From Mycobacterium tuberculosis H37Rv (GTDB taxonomy: Bacteria; Actinomycetota; Actinomycetes; Mycobacteriales; Mycobacteriaceae), in NCBI RefSeq assembly GCF_000195955.2, contig NC_000962.3, forward strand, positions 3,810,001-3,842,000: 32,000 nt of DNA, given 5' to 3'. The translations under genes and the position numbers were made by a program. Shown one piece after another: positions 22,146 to 31,713 of the stretch (position 1 is the stretch's first letter; every line of letters starts with the position of its first letter). The notes beneath the pieces are model-generated. The model was not told the DNA's origin. It saw nothing but the letters and a program-made list of their open reading frames with translations, and ran no database searches.

Positions 22146-23045
22146 CTAGTGCGTCGGACTCACCGGCGTTTCCGGTGCTGGCTGCCCCGCCGGATTCGTC
22201 GCCTCGTCGGCGGGTTCCAACGAGGGGTCAATTGAGCCCGGCTCGGGTTTTGATGACGGCGTGCTGGGGCTGGCTGCCACCGTGGACGTGGAGTTCGGCA
22301 TGGGGCTCTCCGAGACGCCTGCCGACATCGACGGTTCAGCTGCCGATGCAGGCGTCGGGGGGGTCGGCGGCTCGACGACTGGAGCCAGCGGAGTCCACGA
22401 GTTTCCCACCGAACCCGGAGCCGCAGGGTTGGACGGCGAGCCGGGCCGCAGCGTGGCGTTCGGGTCGCGCGTCTCCACCTTGGTATTCAGCAGGTTCACC
22501 TCGTTGATCAGGTCCTGCCGGCGGCTACCGTCAGTCACGGCCTGCACGGTGCTGCTGACCTCAGCCAGCTCATCCTGCGCCTCGGCCCATTGGCCTTGGG
22601 CAATCATTTGCTCGACCTTCGCCAGATTGGCCTTGGCCGACAGCACGATCTGATCGTCGCTGACCCGCGATCGGTTGAACATCATCGCGTGCAGGCCGTA
22701 CAACAGGTCCCCGGGGCGAGCATCGGCCACCACGGCGCCGAACCCGCTCAGCACCAACAGCGCCGCGGCCACCGACCCGACGGCCGCCAGGCTGCGACGA
22801 GCCCGTCGCCGTTGCGCTACCCCGGCGCGCAACGCGGCGACGGCCTCGTCCTGTGAAACCAGGGCACTGGCCGGCGGCCACCTCAAGTCGTCGCGCCACT
22901 GTCCGAGCAGGGCGGCCAACGCGTCATCGCGAGGATCCGCGAAGTCAACCTCCTCCCGTTCGGCGAGTGCGTCGAGCAGCAGATCGGTGCGGGCCAGCTC
23001 ATCCAATGGCGGCCGATCGCCAAGGGGATTACCAAATTCACGCAT
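22146..23045 (-). CDS. rsdA: Anti-sigma factor RsdA for SigD (Rv3413c)
   Basis: 299 aa. MREFGNPLGDRPPLDELARTDLLLDALAE, single TM SLAAVGSVAAALLVLSGFGAVVA, Pro/Ser/Thr-rich C-terminus. Overlaps the sigD 3' end by 8 nt. Confidence 0.88.
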   Translation of the reverse strand: MREFGNPLGDRPPLDELARTDLLLDALAEREEVDFADPRDDALAALLGQWRDDLRWPPASALVSQDEAVAALRAGVAQRRRARRSLAAVGSVAAALLVLSGFGAVVADARPGDLLYGLHAMMFNRSRVSDDQIVLSAKANLAKVEQMIAQGQWAEAQDELAEVSSTVQAVTDGSRRQDLINEVNLLNTKVETRDPNATLRPGSPSNPAAPGSVGNSWTPLAPVVEPPTPPTPASAAEPSMSAGVSESPMPNSTSTVAASPSTPSSKPEPGSIDPSLEPADEATNPAGQPAPETPVSPTH

Positions 23046-23676
23046 AGTCACCTGCCGCAACAATCTCGTCCTTCAGCCGCTGAAGTGCACGGTGTTGGGC
23101 CACCCGGACCGCCCCCGTGGTGCTGCCGACGGCGGCGGCGGTCTCTTCCGCGGACAGGCCGACGACAACACGCAGAATGAGGATCTCGCGTTGCTTGGCC
23201 GGCAAGATCTCAAGCAATTCGTTCATCCGGGTGACCGAATCGGCCTCGATGGCCATCTGCTCCGGGCCGGCGTCGGCTGACCAGCGCTCAGGAAGCGTTT
23301 CGGCGGGATAGGCCCGGTCACGGCCGGCTGCCCGATGGGCGTCGGCAACCTTGTGCGCCGCGATGCCGTACAGAAACGCCAGGAATGGCCGGCCGCGGTC
23401 CCGATAGCGCGGCAGCGCCGTTATGGTGGCCAAGCACACCTCCTGTGCCACGTCATCTGCTGACAGGCCGCTCCGCTCGACCGTGCCGACTCGCGCTCGG
23501 CAATATCGCACGACGATCGGGCGGATGGTCTCCAGCACCTCCCGAAGCGCGTTCCGGTCTCCTGCCACGGCCTCCGCAACCACAGCGTCGAGACGTTCCC
23601 CTTGCATTGTCATCGACGGCGATATCTCCAACGTTACGAAGCGGACACATCCCGGGCTAACTCCCGGATCGACCAT
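23038..23676 (-). CDS. sigD: ECF-type RNA polymerase sigma factor SigD
   Basis: 212 aa from MVDPGVSPGCVRFVTLEISP. Sigma-70 region 2 DDVAQEVCLATITALPRYRDRGRPFLAFLYGIAAHKVADAHR and region 4 LPAKQREILILRVVVGLSAEETAAAVGSTTGAVRVAQHRAL. Confidence 0.93.
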   Translation of the reverse strand: MVDPGVSPGCVRFVTLEISPSMTMQGERLDAVVAEAVAGDRNALREVLETIRPIVVRYCRARVGTVERSGLSADDVAQEVCLATITALPRYRDRGRPFLAFLYGIAAHKVADAHRAAGRDRAYPAETLPERWSADAGPEQMAIEADSVTRMNELLEILPAKQREILILRVVVGLSAEETAAAVGSTTGAVRVAQHRALQRLKDEIVAAGDYA

Positions 23677-23693
23677 AACGGCCCAACCGCGTT

Positions 23694-24521
23694 TTAAGCG
23701 GTACGCCAGCATCCACCGGCGCGCCGCACCTGGCCTGCGCAAATATTGCGTATTTTGGTGAGTTCGCGCAGCTGTTGTGCTGAAAACGTGACGGTGCCGA
23801 TATCGATCAGCAAGCATGCCAGCGCCCACCGCAGCGGCAAGAGCCCAAACCGGGCGGTGGCATCGAGAGCCTCTTCACCGACGGCGCGTGCTCGCGCGAC
23901 GGCGCCAGCACTGCACAGCGCGGCGGCCAACACCACGTCGCTTTTGACGCGGTGGCGCGCCGACGCGACGGCCATGGCCTGCGTCAGCTCGACCGCTTCC
24001 TCGGCATGGCGGACAGCAGTTGCGCCGTCGCCGGTGGCCATCGCCAACTCGGCGGCCACCCACCGCCGACGCACCGCCAGGCGGTCCGCCACGAGCGGGG
24101 ACACCACCAACGGATCCGCGCGATCTAACAATGCCCCCGCGGCGGCGAAGCGGCCGACGCCAAGCGCATCGGCCGCCAGCCCGATCAGTGCATCGGCACC
24201 AGCTTCCCGATCGGCGCCGGCCAACGCCAAGGCACGACCATCCCAGCCGCGCGCCAGCGTGTGCCAACCAAGCTGCCGCAACAACGATCCCTGCGTACTA
24301 TGCGCCAGCGATGCCAACGGGCCCGCCGGCACCAGGCGTCGCAGCACCGACAGGTCGCCATAGGCGTGGGCGTAACGACCCTGCCCACCAGCGGCCACGG
24401 CGCGCAACCACAAGTGGTGCGGCGTGATCGCCGTCGGTAGCGGCCAGCTGCCCGGCTGGTTTCCGAAGGCGGCAGCGACCAACACTTGCTCAACCACCGG
24501 AGCGTGAGGAGTTTCATTCAC
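23694..24521 (-). CDS. Conserved hypothetical, alpha-helical/TPR-like protein (Rv3415c)
   Basis: 275 aa. Ala/Leu-rich helical repeats (ARHRVKSDVVLAAALCSAGAVARARAVGEEALDATARFG), 17 bp upstream of sigD. Confidence 0.75.
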   Translation of the reverse strand: MNETPHAPVVEQVLVAAAFGNQPGSWPLPTAITPHHLWLRAVAAGGQGRYAHAYGDLSVLRRLVPAGPLASLAHSTQGSLLRQLGWHTLARGWDGRALALAGADREAGADALIGLAADALGVGRFAAAGALLDRADPLVVSPLVADRLAVRRRWVAAELAMATGDGATAVRHAEEAVELTQAMAVASARHRVKSDVVLAAALCSAGAVARARAVGEEALDATARFGLLPLRWALACLLIDIGTVTFSAQQLRELTKIRNICAGQVRRAGGCWRTA

Positions 24522-24578
24522 CGTGATAGCCGTGCCTTCATCAGTAAAAAGTTGGTGGTTTCTTCGTTAACGGCATAT

Positions 24579-24620
24579 TACTCACAGCTTTCTTTGCGCT
24601 AATTTAGGCGTACTCACAGC
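24579..24620. promoter_or_regulatory. Repeated TACTCACAGC motifs (PhoP-box half-site-like) in the whiB3 upstream region
   Basis: Exact 10-bp repeats TACTCACAGC at 24579-24588 and 24611-24620 (32 bp apart). TCACAGC is the recalled mycobacterial PhoP half-site. Confidence 0.5.
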
Positions 24621-24891
24621 ATGGGATGACCTGGGCAAATACCTCATCTATCCGCCCGGGATAGCATGCGGCGCAGGCGGCGAATGCGGCGCAGATGAAC
24701 GCAGAGTTAATTCTCACGCAACGGTCCGATATTGCACGCCAACGGACGCCTATTGACGGAAATTCGGCAGCGCCCCTAGCGTCTATCCTTGACGGTAGTC
24801 ATCGGTGACGCCACTCCACTTCAGTTGCACAACTCGCGCGTCCGCGAACCCAACCTCCACTTGGGCGTGTCGTGCAGAGAGGGAATCAGCA

Positions 24892-25200
24892 ATGCCACAG
24901 CCGGAGCAGCTACCGGGACCCAACGCAGACATCTGGAACTGGCAATTGCAAGGCCTGTGTCGCGGCATGGACTCATCGATGTTCTTCCATCCCGACGGCG
25001 AGCGTGGCCGTGCCCGAACGCAGCGCGAACAACGCGCCAAGGAAATGTGTCGGCGCTGCCCCGTGATCGAGGCGTGCCGATCCCATGCGTTAGAGGTCGG
25101 TGAGCCCTATGGCGTTTGGGGTGGCCTGTCCGAATCCGAGCGCGACCTACTCCTCAAGGGCACCATGGGACGCACCCGCGGCATCCGCCGCACAGCTTAA
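24892..25200 (+). CDS. whiB3: WhiB3, [4Fe-4S] redox-responsive regulator
   Basis: 102 aa. LCRGMDSSMFFHPDGERG...EMCRRCPVIEACRSHALEVGEPYGVWGGLSESER contains the canonical four Cys and G[VI]WGG turn. Purine-rich SD GAGAGG upstream. Confidence 0.97.
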   Translation: MPQPEQLPGPNADIWNWQLQGLCRGMDSSMFFHPDGERGRARTQREQRAKEMCRRCPVIEACRSHALEVGEPYGVWGGLSESERDLLLKGTMGRTRGIRRTA

Positions 25201-25210
25201 GCCGCGCGAG

Positions 25211-25260
25211 CAGACGCTAAAGCCCCCGCACGCTCGGCGTGTCGGGGGCTTTTGCGTCTG
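25211..25260. terminator. Long bidirectional hairpin terminator between convergent whiB3 and groEL1
   Basis: CAGACGC-T-AAAGCCCCCG-CACGC-TCG-GCGTG-T-CGGGGGCTTT-T-GCGTCTG: 22 paired bases, one T-T mismatch, one bulged T, 3-nt loop. Confidence 0.85.
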
Positions 25261-25271
25261 CTGACCGGAGT

Positions 25272-26891
25272 TCAGTGCGCGTGCCCGTGGTGATGGTCGT
25301 GATCTTCTGCCTTGGCCGGCTTGTCGACCACGACCGTCTCGGTGGTGAGTACCATCCGGGCAACCGATGACGCGTTCAACACCGCCGACCTAGTCACCTT
25401 GACCGGGTCGATGACGCCGTCAGCGGCCAAGTCACCATAGCTCAGGGTGTTCACGTTCAGCCCATGCCCGGCGGGTAGCTCGCTGACCTTGTTGACCACC
25501 ACCGAGCCGTCCAAGCCAGCGTTGGCGGCGATCCAGAACAACGGCGCGGCAAGGGCTTCGGAGAACACGTCGACACCGAGGACCTCGTCACCGGTCAGCG
25601 ACGCACGCAGTTCGGTCAGCGCCTTGCGGGCCTGGTGGATGAGCGAGGCTCCCCCACCAGGGACGATGCCCTCCTCGACCGCGGCCTTGGCGGCCGCGAC
25701 CGCATCCTCGACGCTTTCCTTGCGCTCCTTGAGTGCGGTCTCGGTGGCGGCACCCACCTTGATGACAGCAACCCCGCCGGCCAGTTTGGCCAGCCGCTCG
25801 CCAAGCTTTTCCCGATCCCAATCCGAATCGCTCTTGTCGATCTCGGCACGCAAGTGCTTCGCCCGGTTGGCCACCGCTTCTGCGGTGCCGCCGCCGTCGA
25901 CAATGACCGTGTCGTCCTTGCTGACCACCACGCGTCGGGCCGAGCCCAGCACCTCCAAGCCCACCTCGCGCAGCACCATGCCGGCGTCGGGGTTGACCAC
26001 CTGGCCACCCGTCACCACCGCCAGGTCCTCAAGGAACGCCTTACGGCGGTCACCGAAGTACGGCCCCTTGACCGCGACCGCTTTCAACGTCTTGCGAATC
26101 GCGTTGACGACCAGCGTCGCCAACGCTTCGCCCTCCACGTCTTCAGCCACGATCAGTAGTGGCTTACCCGTTCCTGCAACCTTTTCCAGCAATGGCAACA
26201 GATCGGGAAGCGAGCTGATCTTGTCTTGGTGCAGCAGGATCAACGCGTCCTCGAGCACCGCCTGCTGGTTATCGAAGTCGGTAACGAAGTATGCCGACAA
26301 GAAGCCCTTGTCGAAGCCGATACCCTCGGTGAACTCCAACTCGGTGCCCAGCGTCGAGGATTCTTCGACGCTGACCACGCCGTCGTGGCCGACCTTGCTC
26401 ATCGCTTCGCCAACCAGGTCACCGATCTGCTCGTCGCGCGAGGACACCGTCGCCACCTGCGCGATGCCGGTCTTGCCGGACACCGGCGTGGCCGATGCCA
26501 GCAGCGCCTCGGATACCGCGTCGGCGGCCTTGCCGATTCCCACGCCGAGCGCGATCGGGTTGACGCCGGCGGCCACTAGCCTCAGGCCGCCCTTGATCAG
26601 TGCCTGCGCCAAGATGGTTGCGGTGGTGGTGCCGTCACCGGCCACATCGTTGGTCTTGGTGGCCACCGACTTCACCAGCTGGGCGCCCAAGTCTTCAAAC
26701 GGATCTTCCAGCTCGATCTCACGTGCCACCGTGACGCCGTCGTTGGTAACCGTGGGTCCGCCAAACGCCTTGGCCAGCACCACATGCCGGCCGCGCGGCC
26801 CCAGCGTCACCCGCACGGTGTCGGCCAGCTTGTCCATGCCGACCTCCATGGCGCGACGCGCGGTTTCGTCGTATTCGATCAGCTTGCTCAT
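25272..26891 (-). CDS. groEL1: 60-kDa chaperonin 1 (GroEL1/Cpn60.1)
   Basis: 539 aa. [50 protein letters not shown]-type motif, histidine-rich C-terminus [11 protein letters not shown] instead of a GGM tail. Confidence 0.98.
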   Translation of the reverse strand: MSKLIEYDETARRAMEVGMDKLADTVRVTLGPRGRHVVLAKAFGGPTVTNDGVTVAREIELEDPFEDLGAQLVKSVATKTNDVAGDGTTTATILAQALIKGGLRLVAAGVNPIALGVGIGKAADAVSEALLASATPVSGKTGIAQVATVSSRDEQIGDLVGEAMSKVGHDGVVSVEESSTLGTELEFTEGIGFDKGFLSAYFVTDFDNQQAVLEDALILLHQDKISSLPDLLPLLEKVAGTGKPLLIVAEDVEGEALATLVVNAIRKTLKAVAVKGPYFGDRRKAFLEDLAVVTGGQVVNPDAGMVLREVGLEVLGSARRVVVSKDDTVIVDGGGTAEAVANRAKHLRAEIDKSDSDWDREKLGERLAKLAGGVAVIKVGAATETALKERKESVEDAVAAAKAAVEEGIVPGGGASLIHQARKALTELRASLTGDEVLGVDVFSEALAAPLFWIAANAGLDGSVVVNKVSELPAGHGLNVNTLSYGDLAADGVIDPVKVTRSAVLNASSVARMVLTTETVVVDKPAKAEDHDHHHGHAH

Positions 26892-26985
26892 CAGGCTCCT
26901 CTACGCAGGGCTAGTCCGCTAACGCATGCCGCCCCGGAAATCACCCGTGGTGAGCACGGGGATCGCCGGGGCGGAACACGCTCTA

Positions 26986-27288
26986 CTACTTGGAAACGAC
27001 GGCCAGCACGTCGCGTGCCGACAGGATCAGGTATTCCTCGCCGTTGTACTTGATCTCGGTGCCGCCGTACTTGCTGTAGATGACGGTGTCACCCTCCGCA
27101 ACGTCCAGCGGGATCCGCTTCTCGCCGTCCTCGTCCCACCGGCCAGGGCCGACGGCAACGACGGTGCCCTCCTGCGGCTTCTCCTTGGCGGTGTCAGGAA
27201 TGACCAGACCGGACGCGGTCGTGGTCTCGGCCTCGTTGGCCTGCACGAGAATCTTGTCCTCGAGTGGCTTGATGTTCACCTTCGCCAC
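26986..27288 (-). CDS. groES: 10-kDa co-chaperonin GroES
   Basis: 100 aa. [48 protein letters not shown]... Confidence 0.98.
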
Positions 27289-27460
27289 GATTGGAGCCCT
27301 CCACTATTTGGATCAGAGCCCGGGACGCTCGCCCGGACCGGAGTTGGCGGTCGGTCCGGGGCGTGCCCCGGAACCGTCCGAATTACCAGGTGATTCGGCA
27401 TTCGTCCGCGCCCTCGCGCCGTCGTCGCGGGTGCCGACGCAGGGGTTAGCCGATTGCCAT

Positions 27461-27492
27461 CTAGCACTCTATACATGAGAGTGCTAGCACTC
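27461..27492. promoter_or_regulatory. CIRCE element (HrcA operator) with an additional overlapping half-site, upstream of groES
   Basis: CTAGCACTC-tatacatga-GAGTGCTAG (27461-27487), followed in register by CACTC so that GAGTGCTAGCACTC (27479-27492) is itself a perfect 14-bp palindrome. Confidence 0.92.
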
Positions 27493-27554
27493 AAGGGCGC
27501 CCCCTTGCTTCCTGGTTGCCAGCGTGTCCGGGTACGCCAGGTGCAATGTCCGGG

Positions 27555-28589
27555 TCACCGCACCTGCCCCTGCATCACGGGCAGACCCGGGTCACTGGGC
27601 ACGTCCAGCGGCGACGGCGGCGCTCCCGCGGCCACCAGCTGCGCGGCGAACGCCGCGATCATCGCCCCGTTGTCGGTGCATAGCCGGGGACTGGGGATCC
27701 GCAACGTCCGGCCCGCCTCGCCGCAGCGCTGTGTGGCCAGCTCTCGCAGCCGGGAGTTCGCCGCCACTCCCCCCGCGATCAGCAGCGTTGAGACGCCTAG
27801 CGCAGTGGCGGCCCGTACCGCCTTCATGGTCAACACGTCCGCGACGGCCTCCTGGAATCCGGCGGCAATGTCGGCGGTACGGAAGCCCGGGTCAGCCGCG
27901 TGGCTTTCCACATACCGCGCGACGGCCGTCTTGAGCCCGGAGAAGCTGAACGCATAGCGGTCATCGGCCGGGCCACTCATGCCGCGCGGGAAAACGATGG
28001 CGTCCCGATCACCGGTGCGCGCCAGGTCGTCGAGCGCCTTGCCACCCGGATAGCCCAATCCCAGCAACCGGGCCACCTTGTCGTAGGCCTCGCCGGCGGC
28101 GTCGTCGACGGTGCTGCCCAGCTCGATGATCGGCTCACCGAGCGAGCGAACGTGCAACAGGTGGGTATGTCCTCCGGACACCAACAACGCCACACACTCG
28201 GGCAGCGGCCCGTGTTCGTAGACGTCGGCGGCCAAGTGCCCGCCCAGATGATTCACCGCATAGAACGGCACCCCCCAAGCAGCCGAATATGCCTTGGCCG
28301 CAGCCACTCCCACCAACAGGGCGCCCGCGAGCCCGGGACCGATGGTGGCCGCGACAATGTCTGGCTGTTTCAAGCCGGCGGCCGCCAGCGCGCGGCGCAT
28401 CGCGGGACCCAGTGCCTCCAGGTGCGCACGGGAGGCAATCTCGGGGACCACGCCGCCGAACCGAACATGCTCGTCGACACTGGAAGCCACCTCGTCGGCC
28501 AACAATGTCACGGTGCCATCGGGATCGAGCCGCGCGATGCCGACACCGGTTTCATCGCAGGAGGTTTCGATGCCCAAGACTGTCGTCAT
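27555..28589 (-). CDS. tsaD: tRNA N6-threonylcarbamoyladenosine transferase TsaD (Gcp)
   Basis: 344 aa. [48 protein letters not shown]. Confidence 0.97.
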   Translation of the reverse strand: MTTVLGIETSCDETGVGIARLDPDGTVTLLADEVASSVDEHVRFGGVVPEIASRAHLEALGPAMRRALAAAGLKQPDIVAATIGPGLAGALLVGVAAAKAYSAAWGVPFYAVNHLGGHLAADVYEHGPLPECVALLVSGGHTHLLHVRSLGEPIIELGSTVDDAAGEAYDKVARLLGLGYPGGKALDDLARTGDRDAIVFPRGMSGPADDRYAFSFSGLKTAVARYVESHAADPGFRTADIAAGFQEAVADVLTMKAVRAATALGVSTLLIAGGVAANSRLRELATQRCGEAGRTLRIPSPRLCTDNGAMIAAFAAQLVAAGAPPSPLDVPSDPGLPVMQGQVR

Positions 28590-29062
28590 GACGGGTCCCC
28601 CGAATCCCTACGCATCGTGTACGCGTCGGCGCCGCTGACCCGGTAATATCGCCGGCGCAAGCCGACCCGCTGGAATCCCACGCTGCGATACAGCGCAAGA
28701 GCGGCGTCATTATCGGTGCGGACCTCCAGGTAGACCACACCACCCCTGGCAAAGTCCAGCAGTTCGCGCAGCAACCGACGGCCGATGCCCCGCCCCTGGT
28801 AGGCCGGGTCCACGCCGATGGTGTGCACCTCGTACTCGAACGGCGGTGTTCGGCCCAACCGCGAGATTCCAGCGTAACCGACCAGCGTGCCACCGCTGCG
28901 CGCACCCACATAGTGGTTGTGCGGGCTGGCCAGTTCGCGGTTGAACGCCGCCGGCGGCCAGGGATCGTCACCGACGAACAGCTGGGCCTCCAGCTCGGCG
29001 CACCGCTGGGCGTCCGCGCGCGTCAGCGCGCCGATGGTGACGGGCTCGGTGTCGGCCGTCAC
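28586..29062 (-). CDS. rimI: RimI-like GNAT N-acetyltransferase
   Basis: 158 aa. [27 protein letters not shown]...[29 protein letters not shown]. Located between tsaD and tsaB. Confidence 0.92.
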   Translation of the reverse strand: MTADTEPVTIGALTRADAQRCAELEAQLFVGDDPWPPAAFNRELASPHNHYVGARSGGTLVGYAGISRLGRTPPFEYEVHTIGVDPAYQGRGIGRRLLRELLDFARGGVVYLEVRTDNDAALALYRSVGFQRVGLRRRYYRVSGADAYTMRRDSGDPS

Positions 29063-29694
29063 GTGCAAACCGCCAGCGGCTTGGCATCCGGCCGGCGAAG
29101 ATACAGCGGCACTAACGGCGCCGGCTTGTCGGCCCAGTTCACCGCGGCTACCAGACCCGCCGGCGACGGGCGGCTGGGCTCAACGCAGGGGAGCGCGAAC
29201 AGCGCCGCGTGCTCCGGCGCACCGGCGACCGCCAATGCCGGGCCGGGATCGACGTCGGCCGCGGCATTAACGGCTGGTCCGACCGTACGAATCCCGTCGC
29301 AGTAGCGTGCCCAGTAGACCTCACGCCGGCGTGCATCGGTGACCACCAGCGTGTCACCGATGGTTTGCCCGCCGATGGCGTCCAGGCTGCACACGCCATA
29401 CACCGGGATGCCCAGTGCGTGCCCGTACGCGGCGGCGGAGGCCATGCCTGCGCGCAGCCCGGTGAACGGGCCCGGACCGCAGCCCACCACGACGGCGTCC
29501 AGGTCGGCCATTGTGAGCGCGGCATCGGCAAGCGCAGCCAGCACGTTGGGAGTCAGCCGTTCCGCGTGCGCTCGGGCGTCGACGGTGACCCTCTCGCCCA
29601 GCACAACCAGATCATGACGCCGCACGATACCCGCCGTGACCGCCGGTGTAGCGGTGTCGATGGCCAAGACGGTGCTTATTTGCACGCGGCTCAT
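29059..29694 (-). CDS. tsaB: TsaB, t6A biosynthesis partner of TsaD (Rv3421c)
   Basis: 211 aa. STVLAIDTATPAVTAGIV, VVVGCGPGPFTGLRAGMASAAAYGHALGIPVYGV. Confidence 0.93.
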   Translation of the reverse strand: MSRVQISTVLAIDTATPAVTAGIVRRHDLVVLGERVTVDARAHAERLTPNVLAALADAALTMADLDAVVVGCGPGPFTGLRAGMASAAAYGHALGIPVYGVCSLDAIGGQTIGDTLVVTDARRREVYWARYCDGIRTVGPAVNAAADVDPGPALAVAGAPEHAALFALPCVEPSRPSPAGLVAAVNWADKPAPLVPLYLRRPDAKPLAVCT

Positions 29695-30197
29695 GACCGG
29701 CCCCACGACCAAGTCGCGATCCTGGTGTCGGAGTGGCTAACCCGCTCCAGGCGGACGTCGAGGTGGCGCTGCGAGAGCCGCTCGGCCAGGCCCTCGCCCC
29801 ACTCCACCACGACGACGGCGTCTTCAAGATCGGTGTCGAGGTCCAGTGAGTCCAGCTCACTCAGCAGGTCGGCGCTGTTGTGGTCCAGCAGTCGGTAGAC
29901 GTCGACGTGGACCATCGCCGGCGTGCCCGGCCGCCGCGGCCGGTGCATTCGCGCCAGCACGAACGTCGGCGATGTGATCGGCCCCTCGACATCCATCGCC
30001 ATGGCAATACCCTTGGCCAGCACCGTCTTTCCCGCACCGAGCGGACCGGAGAGCACCACCACGTCGCCAGCGCACAGCTGCTCACCCAGCCGGGACCCCA
30101 GCGTTAGGGTGTCCTCGACGCGCGGCAGCGTCGCCGTGCCGCCGCCCGTAAGCCCAGCCCTGGCTTTCGGTCGTCTGCGGATACCCTCACGGCTCAA
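29691..30197 (-). CDS. tsaE: TsaE, t6A biosynthesis ATPase (Rv3422c)
   Basis: 168 aa. Walker [31 protein letters not shown]. Confidence 0.93.
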   Translation of the reverse strand: MSREGIRRRPKARAGLTGGGTATLPRVEDTLTLGSRLGEQLCAGDVVVLSGPLGAGKTVLAKGIAMAMDVEGPITSPTFVLARMHRPRRPGTPAMVHVDVYRLLDHNSADLLSELDSLDLDTDLEDAVVVVEWGEGLAERLSQRHLDVRLERVSHSDTRIATWSWGRS

Positions 30198-31420
30198 CGG
30201 TTTTCAGCCTCGCGATAGGTCCTGGTGATACGTCCTCGCGGGCTGGTGACCACTTCGTAGTGGATGGTGCCGACAAGATCGGCCCAGTCCTGAGCCGTGG
30301 GCTCACCCCGGATGCCCGGCCCGAACAAAATCGCCTCGTCGCCTTCGGCCACATCAAGCGGCCCGGGGCCCAGGTCGACCATGAACTGGTCCATGCAGAT
30401 CCGCCCCACACCGGGGCATCGTCTGCCGTTGATCAGCACCTCCAGCCGCCCGCCCAGCGACCGGAACACGCCGTCTGCGTAACCGATCGGCAGCAGCGCC
30501 AGATTGGTGTCGCGTGGCGCGATCCATGTGTGCCCATACGACACGCCCTCCCCCGCACGAATCGATTTCACCAGCGCAACAGCACATTTCACGGTCATCG
30601 CCGGCACCAGCCCCATGTCACCGAGGGCGGGTACCGGGCTTAGCCCATACACCGCGATGCCCGGCCGCACCAGGTCGAACGTCAGGTCGGGGCGCGCCAT
30701 AGTTGCTGATGAGTTCGATAGATGCGCCACCTCGAACCGCACCCCTTGTTCGCGGGCCTGCGCCAGAAAGGCGGTAAACCGTTGGGCCTGAACATCGTTG
30801 ATGGAATCGTCAGGCTTGTCGGCGTAAACCATATGCGACATCAGCCCCCGCAGCCGGACGGCGTCCTCGGCCATGGCTTGGCGTAACGCGGTCAGCATGG
30901 CCGGGAATTGTGCCGGTCCCACGCCATTGCGGTTCAGCCCGGTATCCACCTTGACGGTCACCGTCGCCGTCCGGCCGGTCCGGCGCACCGCGTGCAACAG
31001 TTCGTCGAGTTGGCGCAGCGAGGACACCGCGACCTGCACGTCGGCCAGCAGCGCGGGCCCGAAGTCGATGCCGGGCGGATGCAGCCAGGCCAGCACCGGT
31101 GCGGTAATGCCATCAGCGCGCAGCGCTAGCGCCTCGTCGACGGTGGCGACGCCGAGTTCGGCCGCACCGGCTCCCAGGGCGGTTTGGGCGACGCGCGTAG
31201 CACCGTGACCGTAGCCGTCGGCCTTGACCACCGCCATCAGCTGCGCGTGGCCGGCGTGCTCACGCAGCACCCGCACGTTGTGTTCAATAGCGCCCAGATC
31301 CACCATGGCCTCGGCGAGGAGGCCAGGTGTCTGGGATATCGGTGTCATGGCCAACGAAGTCGTGCCCCGCCCATCTGTCGTGTCGTTTGGCTTTCCGACA
31401 TTCTCCCAGAACCGTTTCAC
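30194..31420 (-). CDS. alr: Alanine racemase; start ambiguous (408 aa, or 384 aa from 31348)
   Basis: [37 protein letters not shown] contains the PLP lysine. C-terminal catalytic Tyr region [10 protein letters not shown] and MDQFMVDLG. Confidence 0.96.
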   Translation of the reverse strand: MKRFWENVGKPNDTTDGRGTTSLAMTPISQTPGLLAEAMVDLGAIEHNVRVLREHAGHAQLMAVVKADGYGHGATRVAQTALGAGAAELGVATVDEALALRADGITAPVLAWLHPPGIDFGPALLADVQVAVSSLRQLDELLHAVRRTGRTATVTVKVDTGLNRNGVGPAQFPAMLTALRQAMAEDAVRLRGLMSHMVYADKPDDSINDVQAQRFTAFLAQAREQGVRFEVAHLSNSSATMARPDLTFDLVRPGIAVYGLSPVPALGDMGLVPAMTVKCAVALVKSIRAGEGVSYGHTWIAPRDTNLALLPIGYADGVFRSLGGRLEVLINGRRCPGVGRICMDQFMVDLGPGPLDVAEGDEAILFGPGIRGEPTAQDWADLVGTIHYEVVTSPRGRITRTYREAENR

Positions 31421-31713
31421 TGAGCAGTATTCCGGCCTGTGCCCGATTGCCCCGGGTCGCGGTGCTGGGCTGCAGCCGTGTCGGCGTGACTGTCCTGTGG
31501 CTCGGTGGTTGGTTGCCGATCACCCGGTGTTTGGCTCAGATTGCCGGTGCCGCATGATGGTTGGCGTCAATAGAGTGCGGATCGGCCGGCATGAATTGAC
31601 GGGAGCGTAGCTTGACCGCGGCCCATCACCCGTGGCAGGAAACAGTTGCAGTGTGTACTATTCGCCCTAGACTGCCGCAGTTCCGGGGGAAGTGAACCTA
31701 TTGCGCCCGTGCA

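Noticed and set aside
23677-23829. 51-codon N-terminal extension of SigD
   Set aside because: It overlaps the end of Rv3415c and has no sigma-factor similarity; the 212-aa start fits known SigD.
25447-26922. 491-aa forward ORF opposite groEL1
   Set aside because: Ser/Thr/Pro-rich antisense frame of a highly conserved chaperonin gene; common artefact in annotated GroEL loci.
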